Part shown: in pieces, positions 1 through 13,990 of the stretch
How positions within the stretch are numbered: position 1 is the first letter of the stretch
How the letters are laid out: every line of letters begins with the position of its first letter
Assembly (NCBI GenBank): GCA_004022145.1
Contig: RCNU01000001.1
Origin: Paecilomyces variotii
Taxonomy: Eukaryota
DNA length: 64,000 nt
Direction: 5' to 3' (one strand)
Program-made: the position numbers and the translations under genes
Notes under the pieces: generated by a model
What the model was told of the DNA's origin: nothing
Seen by the model: only the letters and a program-made list of their open reading frames with translations
Databases searched by the model: none

Positions 1-683
1 GAAGGATATTGGAGATAGCCAGTGAACTAGCTTGCTCTGTCGACGGCTCACTCTGCTGTCCGTTGAGCGTGCCCTCACTCATAGACTCACTCCAGACATA
101 GCGTGCTTCTAGGCCCATGAACTTGGATGATCAGGCCATGGAACCGGCGTCGTAGTCCATGATGGATCTATGCATGGAGGTATCCATTCCGTAAGACCCA
201 TCAACCACTGGAGGGTGAAATCACTATCGAATGGTCATCGATATGAATAACGTGTAGGTAATCGTTTAACATACCGTATCCTGTGGCCTATCTCCAAGTA
301 AAGGCAATCACGGCCAGGGTTGTATCTCTCTCTATAATTCCACTGCGGGGGGGACTCTCTTGTCGTTAGGTAACAGCAACAGATGTGAATAATAGACAGG
401 ACTAAATCGCGATGTTGGATCTCCGAACCACTATCCCGCGGTAGAGAAAAGGGTCAAGCTCCAAAGTATTTTATTCTCTTTTTTTGTCGTAGTAGTAGAC
501 TGTTTCTTCAGCTTCCATGTTTTCAGGACGAGCTTTGAGCGCTGAGACCATCCCCCGAGCAGCTATATTTCTGAAGCTCGGTGCCGCTGCCAGCGTTCTG
601 TTCCTCTGGTCTCCGTACAGCTTTTTCTTGATCTCTCTTCCCGTATTCATATTGTTCCTTGAGATAGAGAAGGAGATCCAATC

Positions 684-2570
684 ATGATTGTTCCCACGTT
701 GAGCTTTGTCGCCCTTGTGGCTGTTGCCGCTGCTCATGGCGATCACCGTCAGAAGACCATGGCTGGTCCTCACCAGGGTTTGTGGTACAATACCTTGCCT
801 GGTGATGGCGGAAAACAGGCATGTAATCACGATCAAATGGGAACCAATCCAGTTTGAAGTCCGTTGCAGCTAACCGTTTGATTGCAGGCAGACTCTGTCT
901 TCTCCGGAATCTCGACCTTCGGGCGACTTCCCTACTTCCCATGCTTGTCCAGTGATGAGGAGTCATATGACATTGCTTTCCTGGGTGAGTTGTCTTGAGT
1001 TCCCATATCTGAGATCCAGTTCTTTGAGTCGTTCTCTCGTGGGAGACAAGTGCCTCTTGAAAGTTGCGATGTCGTCCACAAGTTACTCGCGGGCTAGCAA
1101 CTTCCGCTCCACAGCTTCATAGTGGACCACAACATAAGCTACAATTATCCCATACAGCAAGCTGACTTTAGCAATCTCATATTGCAGGAGCTCCTTTCGA
1201 CACTGGTACTTCTTACAGGCCTGGTGCTCGCTTCGGCCCCAGCGGTATCAGACAAGGTTCTCGCCGTCTCAACCTCTAGTACGTTTTCTTCCGGGGTGAC
1301 CCAAGCTTACTTACTTGTCTGTCACGGCAAAAAGGCTCACGAAAATTGGGGTTCAGCGGTGGTTATAATGTGCCATTAGAGGCGAATCCCTTCCATCATG
1401 AATTGAGGGTTTTGGACTGTGGTGATGTCCCAGTTACCTCGTATGTTATTCTCAACTTTCCCCTGTCTTGAACGACTTGCGCGCGTCAACCATTATTCTA
1501 TAGATTCTGCTAACAAGCTGCGATAGATATGACAATGCCTGGGCTATCCAGCAAATCGAAGAAGGCCACAACAGCGTCCTCATGCGCAAGCCCTTCACCG
1601 ACGCAAACAAGAAGGGTCTTTCGAAGGCTGGCAAGACCCTCCCCCGTGTCATTACCATGGGTGGTGACCACACAATTACCCTTCCTCTGCTGCGGAGTAT
1701 TAACAAGGCGTACGGACCTGTTACTGTGATCCACTTCGATAGCCATTTGTGAGTGAATCCTTTGTTGGTCGCCTCGCGCTCAGAGCTGACACGAAATGCT
1801 TCAGGGATACTTGGAAGCCAAAGGTCTTTGGCGGTTCCCCTAGCAAGGTCGCTTCTATCAACCACGGCACCTACTTCTACCATGCCGCCATGGAAGGTCT
1901 TCTGAGGAATGACACCAACATCCACGCCGGTATTCGTACCACTCTCTCTGGTCCCTCTGACTACGAGAATGACGGTTACGTCGGCTTTCAGATTGTTGAA
2001 GCCCGTGAAATTGACACCATTGGTATAGCCTTCTAATACAAACGAGCTTGTTTGTGACGAGAAAAGACTCTAACTTATCATTCCACAGGTATCGACGGCA
2101 TTGTCAAGAAGATCCGTGACAGAGTTGGCACTGAGAATCCTGTCTATCTCTCCATTGATATCGACACCATTGACCCTGCCTGTGAGTATAATACAGAAGG
2201 ATATTCTGAAGTAAATAGCTATCTAACATTGACCTCTCGCAGTCGCCCCCGCTACCGGTACCCCGGAGACTGGAGGCTGGAGTACCCGTGAGATCCGGAC
2301 TATCATCCGTGGTCTCGATGGCCTCAACTTCATCGGCGCTGATATTGTCGAGGTCGCTCCGGCTTATGATACCAACGCAGAGCTTACCACCATGTACGTT
2401 CCTCTCGGCCACTCGCTTTGATCTTGCCTACCATATCACAGTAGACATCCTTGCTGATCTCTGATTGTTGCTGTTACAGGGCCGCTGCCGATGTTCTTTA
2501 TGAAGTTCTCACCATGATGGTCAAGAAGGGGCCTCTAACCCTCGAAGCATTTGAGTCTGAGGAGTTGTAA
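684..2570 (+). CDS. Agmatinase/ureohydrolase (arginase family), multi-exon, with N-terminal signal peptide
   Basis: The spliced translation reads [19 protein letters not shown]...[24 protein letters not shown]...[30 protein letters not shown]...GGDHT...HFDSHLD...[10 protein letters not shown]...GTPETGG...[10 protein letters not shown]. These are the ureohydrolase Mn-binding motifs. There are several GT-AG introns plus one GC-AG intron (819-887). Stop TAA at 2568-2570. Confidence 0.92.
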
Positions 2571-5500
2571 ACAACTCTGGGTTCTGAAGGTTGCATGCTG
2601 AATAGAAACGACTTCAAACGAGATACGAAGCCGAATGGGAAATTATCCGGATGAGACTCATGCAAACATATGAAATCGTCCTTGGGAGACAACTGAAGAA
2701 GATTGCATTGTATTTAAGCATCAAGTAAGAGTAGATACCTACGTTGCTAGATTATGCGATTATACATATCTACTTGTTTCTGCGTTTATAGATAAATCAT
2801 CCCGAGAGTTGTATATCACGGCTAATCAGCTGAAATCGGGTATCGTTGATCATTATCTATCCAGACTACACTGCTCCGTACAGAAACCATCGAAACAATG
2901 AACATTGGCTAGAAAACTAAGAAACAGAGCAATCCCAGTCATTTCCTCATCTCTATATCCCTTTCTCAAATACACCTTGATCCACCTCTCGTTTCGAAGC
3001 ATCGCATCTTCATCCTCTCGCTTCATGCACCTTCTTATTATCTCCAACTTCCTCATAACAAACACGCCTTGGCAATTTTCTCACTGCAGACATCTAGACC
3101 ACCATCGTGCAGATATGTGATCATCACCGTGCCAGCCTCTTATCCCTTTCCGCACGGCAGATAACTAGTCTACCCCGTACATCCGATCCACCTTTAAAAC
3201 GGACGATCAGATCTCATAGTTACGATATACAGCTTATTTCATGCAAAGGGAACCAGATCCGAGCCTGTCATATCGAATCCCTGTACTCTTCACCGACAGT
3301 TTAAGGAAGGATCGGGATCTGCGATGCTGTATGCAAGATCTTGGACATTTCGAGACCTTACACGTTCCATCCCACCATGCTACAGGTTACATTAAGTATT
3401 CATCGCTCATAAATGGGTCCTTTCTGTGAAGAATCGGTCAGATCCTGCATGGGAACTCATGAGTTAAGTTGTTGGATGACTGAAGCAAGGAGTTGAATGA
3501 TATATATATATTCTTTAATGCCTCGCCACCGGCAAAGTATCAGTTACCAAGCAATAGGACCACATCCAGCATCTATTCGACATGCGCGAATTTTACTACC
3601 TCATGAAAGTATAAAATAAGAATTCGATTTCGCCTTCCCATCACTGGTTATTAATTACTACGTAGCAGGCGGGAGGAGGTGGGATATACATCCCCTCCTC
3701 CATCCCTTGCATACGAACCGAGAAAAGCCAACCATACATCTACACCTCCTCATCTCCCGGGTGAAAGGATCATAAAGTCCCAAAAAAATGAGATTCGACA
3801 GCTCTTCCTCGGACGAGGAGTTCTCGATTCCGGTTTGGCAGTCCGAGTCGGTTGCTTTTTCGTTTGGGTTTTTTTACCCTTTGGAACGGGTAGGGCTTGG
3901 TGTCTGAGGTGTCAAATTATTGCGGTGAGATGTGACTGTTGTGAAACGTATTCTGCGCGAGATGGATTTTGGATTGTGTTTTGATCCATGGATGGATGGA
4001 TGAGTGTGTGGTCGCGGAAGGAGGTGGAAGAGGTCTAGGATCCCTTCGATTGAAGGCAGGGTAGAGAGACAATGACTGTTGTGCTGTTACTCTACTGAGT
4101 TATGTTTACTGACGCAGTTACTATCCTACACCTTGTTATTTGCTAAGCCTTGTCGATAATACTAGTTCTATTAAACTTGGAAATTTTTTAAAAAAGGACC
4201 TCGACGATTCAAGAGTTGACACATCAATGCTGACATGTTCTAACTTATTTAGAAAAATGCAGTAGCTTAGTCAAACTTCATCATTGGCCCTACGCTAACT
4301 GGAACCTGCCTATTAAGTCGGTTTGCAATCCACCTTTGCAGCGATGGTGTGTTCTGTTGACTATAGGTCGTTTAATATACGTGACAGGAGAGGGAGAAAA
4401 AAAAAAGAGCTGTAGAGTCATAAGCCAGGCTATTATAGCGGAGTAGCAACACATCACAATTTGGAAGACATGACATATGCATATCTAGATCCATAAGCAT
4501 GAACGGATAATATTGCTGTCATGTAAATCACCCGTGTTCTAACTGTCAAGAATGATCGTGACAACAGAGCAATGGCCGCCATAGGGATATAGCTCCAGCC
4601 TCCAGGAGAAGGGGTCTGTCCTTAAACTTGGCAAAACTTGATATGTGTCATATCTATGATCCGCATGATTGCTCTATCCCCCAGGCGAGAGGGATCCAGG
4701 ATCATTAATGCACTGTACGGGGAAAGCATCTTTTCTTCCGACGGAATTGCCCGGGACCCCTGTTTTGTTATAGGCCTTGGTATAGCCCGTGCATGGGTGG
4801 TGAAAATATCGTCCACGGTTTTCCTGTCCGCTAGTTTATGCTGGAGATATCTGTGTTGTATGTACATCACTTACCTGGAGTTGTACCTCGCAAGAAATAT
4901 AACAGGCAGCTTCACTTTGCTTGTGTCAATAAAGGCGGTGGTTTCGGCTTCGAGTGAGGTGAGTTATCGATCAAAAATATCCTTGGTGTCTGCCGATCAT
5001 CTGCCGCTTTGGGGATCTTGACACGCCTCGCTGCCTGGATAATCATTAGTCCACCCAAATCGATAGCCATTTCCTCTGTCCGCAGATATCGCTATAATCA
5101 ATTAAACTGATCCTGCAGCAAGGAATTGTAGTTGAAGGTGTTTCAAATATTCCATAGTCTGCGGGCTTCTCGACATTCCCGTTCGTCTTGCTTTCTGTGA
5201 TCACCCTCACATAGGACCCTGCAAGGTAAGGCGTGAGAAGATCTCTAGCTAGGTAGGCGAGATGGGCTGCGTCTGAAGCAGGTGCGGATCAGAAAAAGAC
5301 TCTGGGGCAGAGAGGCTGGAACCCTTTCTGGACAACCGTTTACGTTAACTTGCTCTAGCAGCGGGCCTGTTTCGTTTCCGTGCTTCGGAAACAAGAAGCC
5401 TCCGGGCCACCGGGCAAAGTCAGAATATCAAATCTAACGGCATTCGATGAGGATCTGCTGCATTTATGCCAGTCCCACTTGGGAGTAGCTGAACGCTTAC

Positions 5501-7358
5501 TCTGTAGAGATCCCAAAGCCGAACACACTAGTCGAACGATTTGCTGGTTTTTTGACAAGCTCAGCTTGAGCCTGCATGATCGAACGAGCCGGCCCTCAGA
5601 TGGGCGAAACGGTGAACCGAAGTTATAGGGGTGCAAGCTCGCGGAGGTTATCGACTCGGAACCTCAAGGCTCAAGCTAACACGCGATTCAGCTACTTAGT
5701 GGCGGGTGCGGCAGCTTGTGCCGTGCTCTGCCCTGAGCATGGTGGACCTGGATACTGATCGATTCGCAGCTTGTATTATTAGGCCCCTGCAGATATTATT
5801 CTAGCATCCTGTAATATTCTCTTAGCAGTCTGCCTCGTCATGATAGTTGAGAGCTGAAAGTCATAGGTAGTTGTAAAGGAGCCGTGGCCGTGCTCGCGAA
5901 GAAGCAAACAATTGTCTCTGTCCATAAGGTGCAGAGAACACTAACACGCTTCGCATGGCTTATGGAACGATCCAATGTTCGATGAGAAACCGTTTCCACT
6001 GCCTATGGTACAGTGTTTCGCGATATCTGACGCTAGACCGCCTATTTCTTTAGGCGTGGATGGATTCCTCTCCTGCTGAACTCTTTGAGCGGGGTCGGGG
6101 CTAGATCGAAATAGCCATCTCGTCTATGCTGGTTGAATCGGACTCTTTTTTACCGGAGAGAGGGAGAGAGCAACATGTCCTCGTCCTTCAACGGTCGTCC
6201 TGCGATCCGTACTAGTACACCGCTGCTTTTACTGGGCGGAACTCGTGGTAGCTGCTGAACCTTGTGGGAACGAGGCCTGGAATATCACAGGGGTGAACGT
6301 GGAGATCTCGAGTGTGGGTAACTGAACTTTGTGTGATCTCAAATCCGTGCATCAATTGCTTCTCTATCCCCGCGAGATCAATACCAAGCTTCAAAGTCGA
6401 CTCACTTTTCCAACGGTCCGTTTCAGACATTCAGGTCTTATGTTTGTTTGGTCAGAGACGGGCTTGCTCTAAGAGTGGATATCGCGCATCAAATACCGGG
6501 ATTTTACGTGTCTCGTGGGCCAAACGGAATTGGCATTGCCGCTGAAAAGCGCTGAATATGTAGATTATAGATCTCTGTTCGGAGATTTTTCGTCTCTGAT
6601 TGTCCGGAGGTTGTTGTTACTACCGTTGTGATAGAGCCAATTCTAGATTTATAATACTCCATACGCCTGCAGCGTGATGTGCCGTCGCTAGACTGCATCA
6701 GAAGGTATGTGTACTTTTGTCGCGACGTCACCGTGTATCAAGCAGGGCCTATCCATGGTAAATTATGCCTGACGACGATCAGTCTGTAATAATAGTTCGT
6801 GTGAGAGATGGGCTGGGTTTCTGGGTGGCCTACCCTTGCTTCTGCTTTGTCTGTGATGAATTTTTTCCATTGCGCATTAGTTATCAGTGTAACCGCGAAG
6901 ATTATTCTGGAAAAAGCGCAGACAGCAAGGCGATAAGCACGGGCGATCCTTCTTTGTCTGACAGTCTCGTATGCTGGTCTAGTCATCTGTGGCGTGGTTG
7001 GCAAGTCAGAAGACGACATAATCAACGCATTTCGGCCAGAGCCGCCCTCGTCTCGGATTTCTTTCTCTCTGGATTAATCTTCGCGGAGATAGCATATATG
7101 ATTGATGATGGAAGCAGCACTTTCACTGTAGATAGACGGATGTCAGTATGGAGATCGAGATCGCTTTTTTCGAGTCCGATAACGCCCATTGGATATGTAG
7201 AGAGACATCAAACGATAATAATGATAACTTAATCCCATCGATCTGTAGTCAGTAATACTTGGCGTGTGTAGACTATGGTACGACGGATGGATCATTCTGC
7301 GTTACTGTCAAACTGTCATCGATTCTCGTACCTGCATGCCTTCTTAGCCTCACCATAG

Positions 7359-7389
7359 TAATAATAATAACAATAATAATAATAATAAT
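7359..7389. repeat. (AAT)n microsatellite, one interruption
   Basis: taataataataacaataataataataataat. Confidence 0.85.
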
Positions 7390-8491
7390 CCGTTATACAA
7401 GGCTTATAGCCTCACGAACCTGATCCCCCGCGGACCGTTTCACAATTAGCTCGGTTTGCCAACTAGACTGCCTCGTGGCCAGAAAGCCGATCCGCCATGA
7501 GCCGTGGTTCCAGGAGGATTTAGTTGAAGCCGGCACAAAGCTATCCAGAGTTGGTGCCAGGAACCATTCTGCGTGCGCCAATAACAGTGAGTGTTGATGT
7601 CTCCCTGTGTTGTTCTGTTGTTCTGTTGTTTTGTTGTTGATTGTTCTAACCACCGCACAGAGCCCTCTCCGACTATCTCTTGCTCAACGCTAGTCCGCGC
7701 GACTCCAGAGCTTTCGACAACACAGACCACCAGTGTGGACGAACGTCAAGCTTGGGCCACTGGGGTCTTTTTCTCCTGAAGTGCCTGGGCGTCGTTCGGC
7801 TTCGCAAAGTTAGCAACCTATCACGGTGAAGACGCCCCCTGAGCCGCTACGTTCTTAGACCGGCCAAACCAGCCGATCATCCCAAGTTAACGACGTCGAA
7901 CTGTCGTTTCCCGAGGTCTCCTGAGTCTTAGACTCCTGAGCCGTCTAGCTGCCAGGAGTCGTCCAATCTCTTCCGGTCGTCGACCTCCCTGGGTGGCTCT
8001 GTCGACGCTACTCGATCGCTCTCTGCCCCAAATCCCCCCCCTAAACGGTATCCACCAGAATTATCGCGCCTCACATCCTTCTTAGGAGTCAACGTTCGCT
8101 CAAATTATTATTTCTCCAGAGAAACGCGCCTGCAACTGCTGGTCGCTCGTTTGCCGTCAGCGTTCTCGTGGTTGACCGCTCCCCGGCTTCACGACGCGAG
8201 GGATCTCTCACTGCGCCATCTCATCCAACGTTCAAGTCCGGTCCAGTCCAGTCCAGTCCATCACCGTCCGACTGGCCTATCTGGCTGCAAAGTTAGTCCC
8301 GCGAATAGGGGAACTTTACGTCGCAAGTGTCCGCAGGACGCCAGGTCGCACCGTTCCCCGATACGCAAAAGTGTCACGACTTGATGCCTACCACCTCGAT
8401 CTCCCTTTAACGCACGAATATCCACCCGTGTCGTCCATTCCACTCCTTCGGGATCGCACGTCGATTCGCGAAACAGACAGAACGGGGAGAC

Positions 8492-11400
8492 ATGACAATA
8501 TCGCCCCCGGGATCGCCCACAGGCGTTCCCTCGCGACCGATGAGCGCCATGTTCCGCTCACCCCGGAGCAACAGTCGTTTGAGCACGAGCAGTAAACAAG
8601 GTGGAGGAAGTCGCGCATCCGACGATGATGCGAAGACGGCGGTCAAAGTGGGTATGTGGACAGCCTTTCTCTTCAGGTTGCGGTAACCTCAGGCGCAGAT
8701 GGCCGCAACGCTGCAAACATCATGCGCAGCAGTTCCTTTCTACGACGCAGTCACTGACATAGCAACATAGCCGTTCGTGTCCGCCCACCCCTCAAGCCAA
8801 ATGACCCAGGTTACGAGTTGATTCCGCAACGATTCCAGCGTTCAATGGTCCATGTCACATCGCCGACCAGTTTAGCCGTTGATGTCCCTCAAGGTCGCAA
8901 ACTATTCGTTTTCGATAGGGTCTTCCCGGAGACCGTTGATCAGGAGGGCATATGGGAGTATCTGAGCGACAGTGTGAGCTCGTTTGTCCAGGGCTACAAT
9001 GTCTCTATTTTGGCCTACGGTCAGTCAGGTGCCGGCAAATCCTACACGATGGGAACGTCCGGTCCCAGTGAACAAAATAACTCTAAAGCCATGGGTACGT
9101 TGTGGTTCAATCCGTTTACTCGCGTTGCCTATAGGAGACTAACAGCGGAAAAAGGTGTCATCCCGAGAGCTGCTCAGCAGCTTTTCGAGAAACTAGATGG
9201 GACGCCCACGCACACGAGATCTGCGTCGTCGGGGATCAGAACTCCGTCCCGATACTCGATGAGCTCAACGACTAGCTTTGGTAGGAACGGTAGCGACAAA
9301 AATTGGCAATTGAAGGCCACCTATGTCGAGGTAAGCATGCACGGAATCCTGCAGGAGGGCTGCGTCCTGACCAAGATTCTAGATCTATAACGAACAACTG
9401 AGAGACCTACTTGTCCCCGACGCGACCGATCGAGCTGCCGTGACCATCCGTGAAGATGCCAAAGGCCGCATTATCCTGACCGGTCTGCACCAGGTCACTA
9501 TCAATTCGTTCGAAGACCTCATCGGAGCTCTGAATTTCGGGTCCTCAATCAGACAGACAGACTCAACCGCTGTCAACGCCAAGTCATCGCGTTCTCACGC
9601 AGTTTTCAGTCTGAATCTCGTCCAGCGCAAATCACCAAATTCTACGTCTGCGAAGGAGAAGCGACTCTCCATGCCAGTCGAAGCAATGTCCGGCTCGGAT
9701 GCGTCGGTCACAGTCGACAGCAAACTCCACTTTGTTGATCTCGCAGGAAGTGAAAGACTGAAGAACACAGGCGCGTCTGGCGAAAGAGCAAGGGAAGGAA
9801 TTTCGATCAATGCAGGTTTGGCCAGTTTAGGCAAAGTGATCTCGCAGCTGTCGTCTCGACAGTCCGGTGCCCATGTATCATACCGTGATTCTAAGCTTAC
9901 CAGACTTCTTCAGGATTCGCTTGGTGGTAATGCAATCACCTACATGATTGCATGCGTGACTCCAGCCGAATTCCATCTGAGTGAGACTTTGAACACGGTA
10001 CAGTACGCACAAAGAGCCCGCGCGATTCAAAGCAAACCTCGGATCCAGCAAGTAACGGATGAAAACGATAAACAGGCCATTATCGACAGACTCAAGGCTG
10101 AAATAGCATTTTTGCGACAGCAGATTCGGAATTCGGAGGCGGGTGACAGGAGAAGTGTAGCTCCCGCAGAGCGGTCTGAACGCCAGAATGAACGGGAGAT
10201 TGAACTCCAAAATCACCTGCTGGATGTACAGGAAAGCTACAACGCTCTCAGTCAACGCCATGCAAAGCTGATGGCCGAGCTTACAAAGGCCTCGGAGTTT
10301 AGCGGGGAGCCCGAAGAAATTGCGTCGCTGATCGGAAACAATTCTGTGGAGAGATTGCGACGCTCTCATTCTTTTGCAGAATCAGTTGAGCAGGTCGTTC
10401 TGGAATACGAGAAGACTATCCAGAGTCTTGAATCATCTCTCTCGAACACGAGATCATCGCTGTCTAGCACTGAGAGCAATCTCCTGGAGCGGGAAACTAA
10501 GCTTGCCTACGTCGAGACCGTGAATGCGCAGCTGCAGGCCCGTCTCCAGAAGATGATGGACCGTGAAGCGAACACAGAGACCTATCTGCACGATCTCGAA
10601 TCCAAATTGGATGGGCACACTTCTGGCGAGGAGCAGCAGTCTGCGGTTGTGGCTGAGTTACGTCGGGAGCTTGCTCGTGTCCGCGAAACCGCAGCAAGCT
10701 GCGAGGATTACATCTCTACTCTGGAGGAGCGCCTTGCGGAAGCCGATCAGGATATGGAGTTGATGCAAAGAGAGATTGAGCGTTTGGAACACGTGGTTGA
10801 CCGACAAAGAAGCCTAGGCAAGCTCGATAATCTGCTCTACGAACTCGATCACATTCAGCAGAATGGTACCAAGAAAGTCGACGATGTCCAGGGCGAACAC
10901 GCGTCTGAAGTTGTTTCACGCAGAGGCTCATACAGGTCTCGAAAGAGGGCCCCGTCTTTAGATGTGTTGGCTGAAGCTGCTGAAACTGCGATCCCCGAAT
11001 CTGACGATGACCTTGCAGAACGTATGCCTGATGTCGAAGAAGAAGAGGAGGAGCTTCCAGCTGATGTGACCGAAGATTCCGGTTTAGGACTACTGGAAAG
11101 AGCATCCAAGGAGTTGGGCCCCAACGATGTTCCCGCGAGGCATGAATACGCGGCTGAGAGCCCGGCTCAGAGCCAGTTCGTTGCCGAAAAGCTGGATACT
11201 GTAACCCAGGAGCTTCTGGATCTTCGTATGCAGCACGAGGCCACGATCACTGAGTACGATGCCCTCTCTGCAAAGTACGAAGAAGCACTCAGAGCACTCG
11301 AGAAACTGCAACAAGATGCTGCTGACGAGTCGCGCCATCCTACTGTTCCGGCCGCTGGTCTAGTTTCTCCCACAGCAACTTCCCGCCCGAGCTCTTTTTT

Positions 11401-13990
11401 AGGCGATCCAAGGGTGCACCAGGTGAAGACTGGCGCACACCACTCATCCTCGCAATCACTCTCCTCGGAGTTATCCTTGGCAGGGGAGTCTGCTGGTTCA
11501 CCGGAAGCTTCTGATTCCACAGCTCCTTCGAAGACGGAGAACGGCGATGTGCCTGTTGCCACCGAGAACATCGAGTTCTCCAAGCAGGAGGTTGAGAGTA
11601 TGCGCAGGTTGCTCTCGGAGCACCAGGAGGGTATGACTCTAGTAACTCAGAAATATGCTCAACTTCAGGCCGAGCATGAGGAGACTCTGGGACTTATAGA
11701 GCATCTAAAAGCACAAGTACAAAAAGCGAAGTCCACCCCGTCGCCTACATCTCCCGGGCCCAAGGGTGGTGTCATTCGGAGAATGACGAGCCAAAATCTA
11801 ATGTCTACTGTCGACCGTGCTCATCGATCCCTTGCCGCTCTCCGTAACATCGCCGCTGAGGAATTTGAGGATCGACCTGACACAATGCAGAACTTCGAAC
11901 TCAATCTTAATGCGGCTATGCATGAGTTGCATACTCGAATGGAGCGTATTCAGTCCCTTGAGGCCGAAAACATGAGTGTCAAGAAGGAGATGGAGACCAA
12001 ATCGACTATCATTTCCGGTTTGGCCAGGGAGCGATCCAGTTTGCAAGGTGGCACGGCGGATATGACTGTTGTATCCCAGCTGCGTGAGCAACTCGTTCAG
12101 CAGGATAACCAGATGAAGGAACTCCAGCAGATGCATGAGAAGGGAGAAAAAGACCTACTCGCCCAAATCCAGAATCTGAACGCGCTGCTAGAGTCCCAGG
12201 AGGCAGCGGCCAAAGCCAGTGACGTTCATGCTGAGAAGCAGGAACAGAAGATCTCAGAGTTGGAAAGTGAACTCTGCCAATGGAAAGGCAAGCACCAGAC
12301 GGCGATCGAGTCGTTGCAATCTTCCGAGACGCGCCTTAAAGAGACACTGGCGGAGCTGGAGGCCTCATTGGCAGCTATCGAGACCATGCGTTCTCAAGCG
12401 GCTTCTGCAAGTGACACATCGGCGCAAGAGATGCAGGCGGACCTGGAGCGGGAGAGACAGAGACACCAGGAAGTCGTGGACGGCTTGATGAAGGAGATTG
12501 AAGATCACAAATCAACGATCGCTGTCCATCTCGAGACCATCTCTGGACTGGAGAAATCTCATGCTGCTGCTCAGGAGCAATTAGCCCAGCGCGAGCGAAG
12601 CGAGGTAACTGACGACGACGAAATAACAAGCTACAAGACCCGCATATCCGAGTTGGAGCAAGAGATTTCCACCCACAAATCTATAATTGACGCTCAGAAG
12701 AAGGACCTGGAGTCCTTACAAGAATCTCACAGCCGTGAGCTGGCGGAGCTGGAGAGCCGCGTTACAGCCGCGGTCCAAGCTAAGCACGAATCACGACTTG
12801 CTGAACAGAACGAAGCTATGGACGCTTTGAGATCCGAGATTTCGGAGTCTAAGGACGAATTGACGAAGTTGCTGGATAGCGTCTCCAAGGTTCTGAGCAC
12901 GCCGGTTACGGCTGCATCTCTGTCAGACCAACTGGAGGATATCGTTGCTCAGAAGCAGGATTTCTCCAATAAATACTTGGAGCTTATCGACGCCAATGAA
13001 GAACTCACGAAGAGATTGGATATGAATGGCAACCTGGATGACAAGATAAAGGAACTTACCGAGAAATCCTCCCAGCAAGAATCAAAGGTGAATGAGCTTG
13101 CGCAGCTCATCGCCGAGCTTGAAGAAGTGATCCAGCAGAAGGAGGAAGAAGTGAAGAAGAAAGATGCAATCATCGAAGAGATCAATGCCGAGAAAGACAA
13201 GAGTGCCCGTCTGGTGGAGGAACTCGAAGAGCAGATCACCAACAGCTTCGACCAACACCAGAATCGTCTCTCTGTCATCCAGCAAGAACGCGGTAAGGCT
13301 CTGGAAGATGCCAACGCAAAGATCGCCGTGCATGAGAAGGACATTGAATCCTACCGTGCTCGCATTGAGCAGCTTGAGGTATGTCTGGCACCGTTCAGTC
13401 AGTGTAGCTTTTTACTAATGAATCTGTAGGCCCAGCTCAAGAGAAACAGTGGCGCCCAGGATGGTTCGCTTGACCGAAACGGCTCCATCACATCGAACCT
13501 ACGGAAGAATTCCTCCACTGCATCCCTTCCATCCCCTCCACCGGCTATTCCACTGCCACCACTTCCCACCATTGCTTCCGCCGCGTCGGGCAACGCGGGA
13601 AGCATGTCTCCTCCAAGTTCCAGGCATACCAGCAAGGAGCTTGTCAATGCCCAGCTCGTTGAGGACCAAGAAGCTCGTATTCGAACGATCGAGAAGCATC
13701 TCTACGCAGAGAAACAGCTGACTGCGACGCTGGAGGAGGCTCTCGGCGACCTCGAGGCGCAGAGCAACAAGGTCAAGGCTGACATGGAAGCCTGGAAGAA
13801 GAAGGCCTGGCAGTACGAAGATGAGCTCACTCAACTCCGAAAAGAAAGGAACTCCACACGTCTTTCTATTCAAGCGGTTGAGGAAGAGCGGAACGCCAGA
13901 AGAGAAGCAGAAGCCGCTCGAGCTCAACTTGAAGAGCGGATGAATGCGATCAACAAGAAAAAGAAGAAGAGTACCCTCAACTGCTTCTAA
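8492..13990 (+). CDS. Kinesin family motor protein (kinesin-4/KIF21-like) with long coiled-coil tail
   Basis: Motor motifs are VRVRP, P-loop YGQSGAGKSYT, switch I NAKSSRSHA, switch II VDLAGSER and YRDSKLTRLLQDSLGG, followed by ~1100 aa of coiled coil. Introns lie at ~8652-8770, 9095-9154, 9331-9382 and 13379-13429. The protein ends KKKKKSTLNCF. Confidence 0.93.

Noticed and set aside
6212..7232. Series of short ORFs upstream of the kinesin
   Set aside because: I could not join them into a stop-free spliced model or assign a family.
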